Notes: generated by a model not told the origin, from the sequence alone. Positions 39,388-55,482 are shown, counted from the first letter of the stretch. The stretch: DNA of 64,000 bases from Eledone cirrhosa (GCA_964016885.1 OZ024740.1:98828001-98892000), one strand, 5' to 3'. Made by a program: numbers and translations.

Positions 39388-42300
39388 AATGTTTGTATGT
39401 GGGTGCATGTGTTAATTGGTGTGTGCATTTGTGAGTTTGTGTATGAATGTACATACATGCTTGTGTGAGTGTGTGAACGTTTGTATGTGCGTGCATGTGT
39501 TAATGTGTCTGTGCATTTGTGAGTTTGTGTCTGTATGTACATACATGTGTGTGTGAGTGTGTCCATGTGTGTGTTTACATTGCAGTATGTTTATAACTAA
39601 ACCAGTTTAACAAATAGATATCAATGAAATATGGACCAAATTCTTCTAAAAAAGAAAACATTCTAGTGTCAGTATCATCAGCTGAGAACACTTCAAGTTG
39701 GTATCCCAGTATGACCTTAGTTCGATGACTGAAGCCAGTAAAGGAATAAAAGAATGCCAATTGATAAAGTAAGAAAACATTGCGGAGCTCAGGTATCTAC
39801 CTGCAAATTTGTTGTTGTTTACCCTAGTCAGCATGTTTGAGTAAACCTCTAAACTAAGATATTCTAACTAAACTATAATCATCTCTTCATTTTGCTCACA
39901 TCCTATGTATCTAGGACTACATTATGAAATATACCCATTTTCAAAATAGTAAAGTGGAAAGTAAGGCTGCTATTTGAATAAGGTGGAGTGATTGGGGTAA
40001 AATGTGGAGGCACAGCTCACAGATTAAATCAGTGAGACCAAAGCAAAAGTGTTTGCTATTGTCTAGACAAACACTAGTGGCTTACAGTAGATATAATTGT
40101 CCCTCCTCCATACTGCATCCATCAGCATTGTCATTGCAGTCATCACCATTTTCATCATTGTCATGGTTGTCAACATCCTCGTCACCATCATAATTACCAT
40201 CAACATCAGTCAAACATAATTTTTAAAAAATGTTTCTGCAGTTTAAAGTGTATCTACTATATAGCATATTGTTACCATTACTAGCGTATAATTATATTGC
40301 CTCTGAAGGTACACGTAACTATAGATATAGTACTTCTTCCCATTTCTTTATCTGCCTCTCCAAACCAGCAAATGAATTTGTATCACATATCCATATCAAG
40401 GATGTATTCTTTCCAGCTGATATCACCTGATATATGCTTATTTCATAGGTATAGTCCTACAGATTGAAAAACTGACTCAAATAAGATCTGAACTTTGAAT
40501 GTAGATGCATGGAAAATAGAAACATATTGAAATACATTTAGTCAAATGTTGTAACATTTGCATTGATTCACTTATATAAAGAGGTTTTATTGTTGTTTTT
40601 GTTGTTATTTAGCCCTGATTAACTTCAATCAAGAAGACTTGTAATCAAACTTATTCCAGTTATGAACATCTTTTATTTTCCGTCAGAAAAAATCTAGGGT
40701 CAAAATATCAAATATGTCTTTCTTTTTTTTTTCAACATAGTGGTATATGATTTTAAGTATAATTGACTGTTATTTCAAACTGATAAAATTACCACTGAGA
40801 GACTTCCTTCTGGGGAAATTGAGTGGCTTTATCACATTGTCAAGTATTACAAGATTTAACTAGCCACATAACCATTTATATCATAATGCTATTTCTCTAA
40901 TATGGCTGCAAATATATTCAGACAATGATTCCAGTCTATATGGTGCTTATTTATGTGATAAATGAATTTATGTGAGCTAAATGAACAATATTTTTCTTCA
41001 ATTTGATACTAGTGTAATCTTGACTAATGATAATTATATTGTTTACTCTATTAAGTTACATGAGAATTTGTTTTATTGGTTTGGTCAGAAAGACTAAGAG
41101 CAGTTCCTATGACACAAGTGGAAGGATGAGAGAGAAGTTATCATCAGAAGGAAAATCTGAGTAGAGTCCACTAACAGCATCTAAGGATTATGTGCTGATG
41201 TTAAACTGGATGATGGATTTAGTCCCTCCAAAAACAGAAACAGTCTCTGTGACAGGTTTCCATATAGGGTCCATCTGCTAAATTCTATTCACAAGGTTGT
41301 GTTCAGCCTGAGCCTATAGTAGAAAACACTTTTTCAAGATGCAGCAGAGTATGATTGAACTCAAAATCATAAAGTTCAATCAAACCCATAACATTATATT
41401 CATAAGTTCAACACCCTAATCACTAAGGCTTTATGCCAATATGCAGTGCAATTAAAGATAATTTCTAAATACGCAAGGAATTGTTTATATGGTGTTTGAA
41501 CCCTTGACTAAGCAGACTGATATCATATCCACTTGTCCATTTCACATCAGCAATCATATTAATTGGTGCACATTGTATGGTGCTTCACAGTTAGTCTACT
41601 ACAATCTGAATATAACTCACAGTTACACTGACTATATAATTAGATTAACTTATAACAACCGTACCAAACATCTTTATTCTCCAAATTATTCAAAAGAATA
41701 TACAAAAGAAACTATCTATAAATGATACATGAACATTTTGAATACTAAGCAGATAAAAGAGAATTGTAGGACAATAACTGAAGATATATTCTATTTAACT
41801 ATGGATACATTTTCAGTGCTTTAACAAAAGCAATCAAGGTAAAGGAAGGCCATCATTGAAAATAATGATTTAAAGAAAGGTTCATCCAAGTAATCATTAT
41901 ATATTTATTGTCAGATTAGAAATCATCATTATAACCATCATTTTAATCTTTGGTGATGATGGCAATGCATCACCATTTTCATCAACATTGCTTTAATATC
42001 ATCCATCTAAGATCAGATCATGCTACTTTTACCCATGTGTTCAAGTTTTCTCTGCCTTGGGTCAACTTAAAATGTTAGAATAGGGAAACACTATGTGGTT
42101 TGGGAGACTCTAGAGGGTTACTCACACTGTTTCAGAAATAGAAGCCAAATTTCCATTAAATCATACCTTACTGTCTAAAAAAAGGAAGGGTGCTTTACAT
42201 ACACTATGTCTGAAAATAAAGAAGATATGATGGTAGGAGACAATATGCCACTCATCATAACGTTAACTTTGAATGGTATAACATCTCCAATTAAGTCTAT

Positions 42301-43327
42301 TCTCTGTTTATTTTTGCCATAATTTAGTAATTCATTACCTAATCTTTGCAATTTACAGCTGGTGACGTCACCAAAGTCCTGTCATGATCTCATGATGTAA
42401 CCAGGCCATAGAAATACATATTGTGATATTGTAACATTAAAAGAATATTTGCTAACCAGAATGACTAGATCTACCCATTTGTTAAGCCATCCAACATAAA
42501 TAAAATATATATATCATCATCATCATTATCACTGTTTTACGTCTGTTCTATGGCATAACTCCTGAAGGAGTTATAGAGGAGCCCTTCTGACATGTGGTGG
42601 TTCTTGCTCATTTTAAATCCAGCAGCACCCAGGTTTTCACCTGCTCTGATCACAGCAACTTTCTTCCAGAGAAGGAGAGACAAAGGGATAGAGAGGAACT
42701 GAGAAAGAAATATAGAGGAAGAATCTATAACAGTACTAGATTGGTACTATTTCTATTGACCTCTATAAAAAGCTTGACCTTGGTCGGATATAAACTCAGA
42801 GACAATTAGTGATATAAACTCAGAACAATTAGTGAAAATTGTTCTATGTGACGTTGTAATGACCCTCCCAAATTGAGTGCCACATATATATATGTGTGTA
42901 ATATGCCCTTATGTATTCTGGAGCAAGATGTAAACGATATCAGATTTTGTGGAATTGTAACATACTGTAGCATACTGTACGGTTTTTCATTTTGTATTGT
43001 TTTCTTAATAGTTACAGACATAAATACCAACATATAAACCAAAACAAAATAAAAGGTACATTTCATGATTATGTCTACTTGTTAGTGATATACTTTGATC
43101 TATCTTGGCATCATTAGTTAGACTAAAATTTGCCCACATATGAAATATTTTACATGTAATTAGAATAAAACAACAATATAAGAACATGTATATGAATACG
43201 CATATACCGTAAACCAAACCAAAGCTCTTATTCAGTGTTACTAAATAAATATTGTTGTTTGTTTTTGTATGAAGTTATGCATCCATCTATATCTTTATCT
43301 ATCTCTCTATCTATCTATATTATGTAT

Positions 43328-43359
<32 letters not shown>

Positions 43360-43380
43360 TTTTATATATATATATATATA

Positions 43381-43973
43381 GCCTTGCCAGTAGGCTTCTC
43401 TAACAAAATACACCCCGTGCCACCCCCCCCCCCCCCCCCACCCCCACCCCCCACCCCATCCACACCACCCCGTTCTATGTAAAGTTATGTTGGTGCCGCG
43501 CCATCCAGGCCGAAACAAATGAGATCGTGTAGGTGTCACGACAAAAAAACACACAGTCCACGCTGTAATGTGGCCGTGTAGGCAACACGGTAAAAACCTC
43601 CCAGATCCACACTGTAGATGTGGTTGGTGTTAGGAAGGGCATCCAACTGTAGAAAACCTGCCAGACAGTCCTATGCGAGCAAAAAAATCACTCTTGCCTC
43701 AAGTGGGACTACCCCCGTCCAAACCCATGCAAGCATGGAACACGGACGTTAAACGTGATGATGATGATGATGATGATTTATCATCATCATCATCATCATC
43801 GTTTAACGTCCATGTTCCACGCTTGGATGGGTTTGGACGGGGGTATTCCCACTTGAGGCAAGAGTGATTGTCTTGCTCGCATAGGACTGTCTGGCGGGTT
43901 TTCTACAGCTGGATGCCCATCCTAACTCCAACCACATTTACAGTGTGGGACTGGGAGGTTTTTACCGTGTTAC

Positions 43974-43975
<2 letters not shown>
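43381..43975. mobile_element. Tail-to-tail pair of RTE family B 3' ends
   Basis: Plus copy 43381-43777 ends in (GAT)n and directly meets the minus copy 43780-43975, which starts (ATC)n. Confidence 0.85.
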
Positions 43976-44020
<45 letters not shown>

Positions 44021-44072
44021 TATATATATATATTTATATATATATATTTATATATATATATTTATATATATA

Positions 44073-44104
<32 letters not shown>

Positions 44105-44155
44105 TCTATATATATAGATATATACATATATTTATATATATATATATATATATAA

Positions 44156-44185
<30 letters not shown>

Positions 44186-44186
<1 letters not shown>

Positions 44187-44724
44187 CAAAGTGCAGGGCA
44201 ATAAAGATAGACGGTAGCCACGGAATAGGCAGACCTAGAAAAACATGGGATGAGCTGATAAACTCCGACCTCACACACTTACACCTCTCCAAGACAATGT
44301 CACTGGACCGAGACCTTTGGCGGTACTCAGTAACAGAGAAGACCCGCCTTGCCAGTTGGCATCTCTAACAAAATACACCCCGTCCCGCCACCACCCCCAC
44401 CCCATCCACACCACCCCGTTCTATGTAAAGTTATGTTGGTGCCGCGCCATCCAGGCCGAAACAAATGAGATCGTGTAGGAGTCACGACAAAAAAACACAC
44501 AGTCCACGCTGTAATGTGGCCGTGTAGGCAACACGGTAAAAACCTCCCAGACCCACACTGTCAATGTGGTTGGTGTTAGGAAGGGCATCCAACTGTAGAA
44601 AACCTGCCAGACAGTCCTATGCGAGCAAGACAATCACTCTTGCCTCAAGTGGGACTACCCCCGTCCAAACCCATGCAAGCGTGGAACACGGACGTTAAAC
44701 TTTGATGATGATGATGATGATGAT
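44186..44724 (+). mobile_element. RTE family B 3' end
   Basis: [24 protein letters not shown]...EKTR followed by the 3' UTR and (GAT)n. Confidence 0.9.
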
Positions 44725-44737
44725 ATATATATGTATG

Positions 44738-44790
<53 letters not shown>

Positions 44791-44909
44791 GTATATATAT
44801 ATATGTATATATATATATGTATATATATATATGTATATATATATATATGTATATGTATATATATATGTATATGTATATATATATGTATATGTATACATAT
44901 ATATATATG

Positions 44910-44967
<58 letters not shown>

Positions 44968-45337
44968 CATATATATATGTATACATATATATATATGTAT
45001 ATGTATATATATATGTATATGTATACATATATATATATATATGTATATGTGTATATATATATATATGTGTATATATATATATATGTATACATATATATAT
45101 ATGTATACATATATATATATGTATACATATATATATATGTATATGTATATATATATGTATATGTATACATATATATATATGTATACATATATATATATAT
45201 ATGTATATGTGTATATATATGTATACATATATATATATGTATACATATATATATATGTATATATATATATATATGTATACATATATATATATATATATGT
45301 ATATATATGTATGTATATATATATATGTATATATATG
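44725..45337. repeat. Compound (TA)n/TG/CA microsatellite
   Basis: Direct reading. Confidence 0.95.
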
Positions 45338-46009
45338 TCATCATCATCATCATCATCAACGTTTAACGTCCGTGTTCCACGCTTGCATGGGTTTGGACGG
45401 GGGTAGTCCCACTTGAAGCAAGAGTGATTGTCTTGCTCGCATAGGACTGTCTGGCAGGTTTTCTACAGTTGGATGCCCTTCCTAACACCAACCACATTTA
45501 CAGTGTGGGTCTGGGAGGTTTTTGCCATGTTGCCTACACGGCCACATTACAGCGTGGACTGTGTGTTTTTTTGTCGTGACACCTACACGATCTCATTTGT
45601 TTCGGCCTGGATGGCGCGGCACCAACATAACTTTACATAGAACGGGGTGGTGTGGATGGGGTGGAGGTGGTGGGGGTGGGACGGGGTGTATTTTGTTAGA
45701 GATGCCTACTGGCTGGAGTAGGTTTTACTATATATTTAGGTAAGGCGGGTCTTCTCTGTTACTGAGTACCGCCAAAGGTCTCGGTCCAGTGACATTGTCT
45801 TGGAGAGGTGTAAGTGTGTGAGGTCGGAGTTTATCAGCTCGTCCCAGGTTTTTCTAGGTCTGCCTATTCCGTGGCTACCGTCTATCTTTATTGCCCTGCA
45901 CTTTGTTATACAGCTATCGACTTTCATGCGCATCACGTGTCCATACCAACGTAGCCTTCTCTCGAGTAAACAACATCTGATCCCTCTTATCTCTAATTTT
46001 TTCGAGATA
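45338..46009 (-). mobile_element. RTE family B 3' end
   Basis: Minus ORF end [21 protein letters not shown]...[11 protein letters not shown]. Near-identical inverted copy of 44186-44724. Confidence 0.9.
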
Positions 46010-46080
46010 ATGTATATATATATGTGTATATATATATATATACATGTATGTATATATATATATATATATGTATATCTATG

Positions 46081-46166
<86 letters not shown>

Positions 46167-46198
46167 TGTATATATATGTATATATATATATATATGTG

Positions 46199-46231
<33 letters not shown>

Positions 46232-46342
46232 GTATATATATGTATATATATATGTATACATATATATATATGTATATATATGTATATATATATGTATACA
46301 TATATATATATGTATATATATATGTATACATATATATACATG

Positions 46343-46453
<111 letters not shown>

Positions 46454-46517
46454 ATATGTATATGTATATATATATATTCCAAACCTGGAATATATATATA
46501 TGTATATGTATATATAT

Positions 46518-47735
46518 AAATTCCAAACCTGGAAGCAGGGACTAGAGAGAAAGGGCCTCAAAGTCAACATGACAAAGACTAAGGTCCTTATAAGTAGACG
46601 AGAAAACAGAACCCAGATCCCCTCAGGGAAATGGCCTTGCTCAGTATGTAGGAAAGGTGTAGGTAGGAACTCCATTCTCTGCCCCAAATGCAAACAATGG
46701 GTACACAAGAGATGTAGCGGGATCTCAGGAAGCTTAATTAAGAATGTAGGATTCACATGCAGCAGCTGTGCTGAAACAGCAAGCAAACAGCCACAGGAAA
46801 CAAGTACCACCAATCTCTGGGAGGGCCCTGTAGAAACAGTAGACAGCTTCTGCTACCTAGGTGACCGAATTAGCAACGGAGGTGGGTGCTCAGAAAGTAC
46901 AATAACTAGGGTAAGAACGGGATGGAAGAAGTTTAGGGAACTACTACCACTGCTAGCTGCAAAAGGCTTCTCCCTCAGAATGAAAGGTAGACTGTATGAT
47001 GCGTGTATCCGAATAGCGATGTTGCATGGTAGTGAGACCTGGGCGCTGAAGGTGGAAGACTTACGTAGATTAGAGAGAAACGAAGCCTGCATGCTCCGAT
47101 GGATGTGTAACAGTAATATACGTGAACGACAAAGCATAAAGTAATTGAGAGAGAGACTGAGCATAAGAGGAATCAAATGCTGCATGCAGGAGAGGCGGTT
47201 ACGCTGGTATGGACATGTGATGCGTATGAAGGATGACAGCTGCATAAAAAGGTGCAGAGCACTAGAAGTTGATGGAAACCGCGGAGTGGGGAGACCCAAG
47301 ATGACTTGGGATGAGGTGATAAAAGCGGACCTTACCCAACTACACCTCTCAAAGTCAATGACACACGACCGTGACTTCTGGCGTCACGCAGTAATACAGG
47401 GTACCCGACCTCCCATGGGTACATGCTGAAGCATATAAACTATATGCCCCCCCCCCCCACACCGGAAGGTGGTCGTGGAGGTGCCACGGCAAAAAAGCAC
47501 CCAGCCCACACTGTAAAGTGGACGTGTAGGCGCCACGAAAAAGCACCCAGCACCCACTGTAAATGAGGTTGCTGTTAGGAAGGGCATCCAGCTGTAGAAA
47601 TCAAGCCAGATCAGTTCCTGTATGAGCAAGGCATGGTCAGTCGACCAGACACTGCCCACAACAGGACAACCCGTCTAACCCATGTTAGCGTGGAAGAACG
47701 GACGTAAAACGGTAATGATGATGATGATGATGATG
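46518..47735 (+). mobile_element. RTE family A, 5'-truncated (PHD finger, RT C-terminus, 3' UTR)
   Basis: Highly similar to 4838-6072. [22 protein letters not shown]...SFCYLG...WYGHVMRM, (GAT)n tail. Confidence 0.95.
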
Positions 47736-47846
47736 ATATATATGTATATATATGTATATGTATATATATATACGTATATATATGTATATGTATATATGTA
47801 TATGTATATATATGTATATGTATATGAATATATGTATATGTATATA

Positions 47847-47885
<39 letters not shown>

Positions 47886-47940
47886 ATATATATATATATG
47901 TATATATATGTATATGTATATATATATATGTATATATATG

Positions 47941-47995
<55 letters not shown>

Positions 47996-48988
47996 GTATA
48001 TATATATATATGTATATATATGTATATGTATATATATATGTATATGTATATATATGTATATATATATATATGTATATATATGTATATATATATATATGTG
48101 TATATATATATATATATGTATATATATGTATATGTATACATATATATGTATATATATGTATATGTATATATATGTTTATGTATATATATATATGTATATG
48201 TATATATATGTATATGTATATATATATATGTATATATATGTATATGTATATATATATATGTATATGTATATATATATATATGTATATATATGTATATATA
48301 TATATATATGTATATATATATGTGTGTATATATATATATATGTATATATATGTATATGTATATATATATATGTATATATATGTATATGTATATATGTATA
48401 TGTATATATATGTATATGTATATATATATATGTATATATATGTATATGTATATATATATATGTATATATATGTATATGTATATATATATATGTATATGTA
48501 TATATATATATGTATATATATGTATATATATATATATGTGTATATATATATATGTGTATATATATATATATGTATATATATGTCTATGTATATATATGTA
48601 TATGTATATATGTATATGTATATATATGTATATATGTATATGTATATATATGTATATATATATATGTATATGTATATATGTATATGTATATATATGTATA
48701 TGTATATATATATATGTATATGTATATATATATATGTATATATATGTATATATATATATATGTGTATATATATATATATATGTATATATATGTATATGTA
48801 TATATATATATGTATATATATGTATATGTATATATATGTATATGTATATATATATATGTATATATATGTATATGTATATATATGTATATGTATATATATA
48901 TATGTATATATATGTATATGTATATATATATATGTATATGTATATATATATATATGTATATGTATATATATATATATGTATATATATG

Positions 48989-49021
<33 letters not shown>

Positions 49022-49416
49022 GGGTATATATATATATATGTATATATATGTATATGTATATATATATATGTATATATATGTATATGTATATATATATATG
49101 TATATGTATATATATATATGTATATATATGTATATATATATATATGTGTATATATATATATATGTATATATATGTATATGTATATATATGTATATGTATA
49201 TATGTATATATATGTATATGTATATATATATATGTACATATGTATATGTATATATATGTATATGTATATATATATATGTATATGTATATATATATATATG
49301 TATATATATGTATATATATATATATGTGTATATATATATATATGTATATATATGTATATGTATATATATGTATATGTATATATATGTATATGTATATATA
49401 TATATGTATATATATG

Positions 49417-49457
<41 letters not shown>

Positions 49458-49484
49458 ATATTGATATATATATGTATATATATG

Positions 49485-49515
<31 letters not shown>

Positions 49516-49582
49516 GTATATATATTTATATATGTATATATATGTATATATATATATATGTATATATATATGTATATATATG

Positions 49583-49633
<51 letters not shown>

Positions 49634-49784
49634 GTATATATATATACATATGTATATATATATATATGTATATATATGTATATGTATATATATGTATATA
49701 TATGTATATATATATATATGTATATATATATGTATATATATGTATATATATGTATATATATATGTATATATATGTATATATATG

Positions 49785-49817
<33 letters not shown>

Positions 49818-49950
49818 GTATATATATATATATATATGTATATATATGTATATATATGTATATATGTATATATATGTATATATATATGTATATATATGTA
49901 TATATATATATATAGATATGTATATGTATATATATATATATATATGTATA

Positions 49951-49987
<37 letters not shown>

Positions 49988-50047
49988 GTATATATATATA
50001 TATGTATATGTATATATATATATATGTATATGTATATATATGTATAT

Positions 50048-50131
<84 letters not shown>

Positions 50132-50237
50132 ATGTATATATATATGTATATATATTTATATGTATATATATAAATATATATATATGTATATATATATATA
50201 TATGTATATATATGTATATGTATATATATATATATGT

Positions 50238-50307
<70 letters not shown>

Positions 50308-50325
50308 GTATATGTATATATATAT
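47736..50325. repeat. 2.6-kb (TA)n/(TATG) compound microsatellite
   Basis: Direct reading. Source of the spurious 500-900 aa YI ORFs. Confidence 0.97.
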
Positions 50326-50545
50326 ACAATTAAGTTAAAGTGTACATCTACATATGTATACGGAAGTATTAGTATGCATATAAATACACACATGTATACA
50401 TATGTACATGTACTCAGCTTTTCACTAGACACTTTACAGTGAGTGTCAGCTAATCTGTATGTAACCACACAGGCGGACCGGGTTTTAGTGTCATACGAGT
50501 TTTCAAGGAAACACATTTCCTATATTCCCCAGAGGGCCAGACAGG

Positions 50546-50590
50546 AATATTGGACTAGTTTCGATGTTATTACATCTCATCAGCAATATT
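50546..50590 (-). ncRNA. Type I hammerhead ribozyme (469-bp family)
   Basis: Minus strand: AATATTG-CTGATGA-GATGT-AATA-ACATC-GAAA-CTAG-TC-CAATATT. 7-bp stem I, 5-bp stem II, GUC triplet. Confidence 0.93.
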
Positions 50591-50942
50591 TACCCATCTT
50601 CCGGCTTCTCTGGAGAATTGTAAAAGCACATATCGTTATATGCTTTTTCTATGAAAATTAGTAGCGGGTAGACTAATTTGCATAGAACGTGAGTCATTGT
50701 ACGCACCGGTTCAGCGGAAACGATAAAAACAAATAACGAAACGAAATTAAATTTCGTTTCGCTTCTAACTCACTTTTGTATGACTGACGCTTAAACAATT
50801 AAGTTAAAGTGTACATCTACATATGTATACGGAAGTATTAGTATGCATATAAATACACACATGTATACATATGTACATGTACTCAGCTTTTCACTAGACA
50901 CTTTACAGTGAGTGTCAGCTAGTGTGTATGTAACCACTCATC

Positions 50943-50983
50943 TTGCTGATGAGATGTAATAACATCGAAACTAGTCCAATATT
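50943..50983 (+). ncRNA. Type I hammerhead ribozyme (469-bp family), stem I truncated by the inversion junction
   Basis: TTG-CTGATGA-GATGT-AATA-ACATC-GAAA-CTAG-TC-CAA. Confidence 0.8.
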
Positions 50984-51304
50984 CCTGTCTGGCCCTCTGG
51001 AGAATAGAGGAAATGTGTTTCCTTGAAAACTCGTATGACTCTAAAACCCGGTCCGCCTGTGTGGTTACATACAGACTAGCTGACACTCACTGTAAAGTGT
51101 CTAGTGAAAAGCTGAGTACATGTACATATGTATACATGTGTGTATTTATATGCATACTAATACTTCCGTATACATATGTAGATGTACACTTTAACTTAAT
51201 TGTTTAAGCGTCAGTCATACAAAAGTGAGTTAGAAGCGAAACGAAATTTAATTTCGTTTCGTTATTTGTTTTTATATATATATATATGTACATATATGTA
51301 TATA

Positions 51305-51377
<73 letters not shown>

Positions 51378-51450
51378 GTATATATATATATGTATATATA
51401 TATATGTATATATATATATATGTATATATATATATAAGTATATATATATG

Positions 51451-51483
<33 letters not shown>

Positions 51484-51484
51484 G

Positions 51485-52337
51485 TATAAAAGAGAAAACA
51501 CAGGTAAGCATTAAGAGAAGGATTTAATCCAGGTATTTACGACCGTTTCATTAGTAAGTGCAACCTTATATTGCTATACTGCAAATAGCAGCCACTCAAT
51601 TATAGGCAAACAAAACGTAACACACTTGTTCAGGCATCGCAGCCCACAAAAAGATGCCAAAGTTGCCCATAACAAGAAATGTAACTGCCACCTACCTGAA
51701 ACCTGTCCATTACAAAATGAATGTATGCAGTCTAACCTGGTTTACCAATGCACAGTGGAATCAGACAACCAGAAATGGTATTACATCGGAGCCCCTGGGA
51801 ATAATTTTAAAGCTCGTTGGTATACACACCGTTACGCAATGAAACATTCCCAGCACCGTTATGTAACTACCCTTGCAAACAAGACCTGGCAACTGAGGGA
51901 AAGTAACCATCAATACACCCTGAAGTGGAAAAAATTATCGAACGCGCCCCCATATCGAAGTGGTATGAGAAGCTGTTGATTATGCGACCTTGAGCTGTTC
52001 CACATCTTAAGTTCCAAGAATAGGTTACTCAACAATAAAATTGAGATACCAATTTATTGTAACCATAGACTCAAAGAGAAATTTTCGCACTACAAATCGA
52101 ACCCTTAACCTCTTACTACCAACTGACAAACTGCATATACTTAGACTTTATACCCTCTTATATCTAGACCCTTTAATTACCCACAAAACCAATACATATA
52201 TCCCCCCTTCTCCCTCATTCCTCTTCTATTTCTTCGTTTTCTTCCTTCCTTCCCCCTTCTTGGCTATCTTTTCTTTTCTTCCTCCTCACCCCCTTCTTTG
52301 CTTTTATTTTTGTCATTATTATCTTTATTTTTATTTT

Positions 52338-52388
<51 letters not shown>

Positions 52389-52391
52389 ATG

Positions 52392-52430
<39 letters not shown>

Positions 52431-53517
52431 ATGGGAGAGATGACCCCTTAGCCTTTGTCAAGGCAGAATTCTAGGAGAAGGAAAACTCTGATATAACACC
52501 TGCAACTCTGATGGTATCCAATGATGTTGACTTGTTCTTCTTTTTGGTAAATATCATCTTGGTTAAGAGAGTGGGACTGGCTTTGTGCAGTGCCTTTGCT
52601 CACTATAAAAGCTTCACGGCACAGGCATTGCTTTATATCTGGAGATCTCCCTGCACTTGTCGTCACATGATACCATGGGCCCAGCACTAAGTGTCAATAA
52701 TTGTCACAAGTGTAGTGTTTGTACCAAAGTTTTCAAGTCGCTGGCTGGACTAAAAAGTCACACTCGTTCAGCGCATCGGTAGGGGTTCTCCTACATGGAT
52801 ATAAAGTAGTGGCCGTACTCGAAAACGAGTTGGCAGCCACCATATATGTGTGTATGTGTGTGTATATATATATATATGTGTATATATATATGTGTGTATA
52901 TATATATATATGTTTATCTCTTTATATCTCCCCCCCCCCTCTCTATCTCTCCCTCTCTATCCATCCCTCCCACTATTTATTTAATTCTCTTTAACTCACT
53001 ACACTCCACGACATGATGTCTGCTATCAAACTGACCAAAGAATCCTTCCACCTCTACCCCTACCTCCACCTCAGTTTGTCATTCTACTTCCTACCACTTC
53101 CCCCTTCCTCTCTCTCTATACTATGCCGTCTGTCCCCTCACCTCCTGATTCCTCTCTCTCTATACTAGTAAATACAATTCCAAATAAATGTTTTTCTCTA
53201 TATATTAAACATTTTTTCAAGAGTAACTCACTATTTTGAAAATTTGGACTGTGAACAACAATTATAATTGAGTGGCTGCTATTTGCAGTATAGCAATATA
53301 AGGTTGCACTTACCAATGAAACGGTCGTAAATACCTGGATTAAATCCTTCTCTTAATGCTTACCTGTGTTTTCTCTTTTATAATTTATACTCCAAGATTG
53401 AACGGAATTCTTACAAACTTGTGGAGTTACCCCTAACCGTACGTTGAAACCATCCATGAAACTGGCTTTCTTAACCAAAAACTGGATCACAATAAGCAAT
53501 TTTTTGCTTCTCTACAC

Positions 53518-53520
<3 letters not shown>
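51485..53520 (+). mobile_element. Nematis-type PLE 3' fragment (GIY-YIG) with inverted pseudo-LTR piece; interrupted by microsatellites and another repeat at ~52340-52910
   Basis: ORF 51626-51979 and downstream: CNC..CPLQNEC..LVYQC..YYIG..FKARWYTH..TTLA..W..C*LC..E..LLNNK.E...CNH. 51485-51604 is the reverse complement of 53263-53382. Both ends in (TA)n. Confidence 0.85.
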
Positions 53521-55110
<1,590 letters not shown>

Positions 55111-55173
55111 ATATGTATTGTAAGTAAGCACATGTACATACACACATTATATATATATATATATATATATATA

Positions 55174-55356
55174 AGGGTACTGGATTGGCAGTATTGGTAA
55201 AGGGTCGGACGCCATGCTTTGATGCATAGAGTTACGGCCCTTGCCATTCTGAGTTCAAATCCTGCCGAGGTTAACTTTGCCTCTCAACCTTACGCGGTCG
55301 ATAAAATAAAGTACCAGTAATACACTGGGATAATTGTTGGCCTTGTGCCAAAATTA
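55174..55356 (+). mobile_element. Meta-domain SINE in a (TA)n tract
   Basis: Near-identical to 29080-29267. Confidence 0.85.
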
Positions 55357-55361
55357 TACAC

Positions 55362-55413
<52 letters not shown>

Positions 55414-55482
55414 GTATGCATACACACACATATAAAACCCAACAACATTAGATGATTTATCTATCTACGTATTATATATATA

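Larger units (their letters stand above)
50326..51275. mobile_element. Non-coding HHR-bearing element (retrozyme-like), 469-bp unit, palindromic insertion
   Basis: Minus arm 50326-50937 (~1.3 units; CAATTAAG at 50327 and 50796) and plus arm 50943-51275. Both outer ends fused to (TA)n. Confidence 0.9.
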
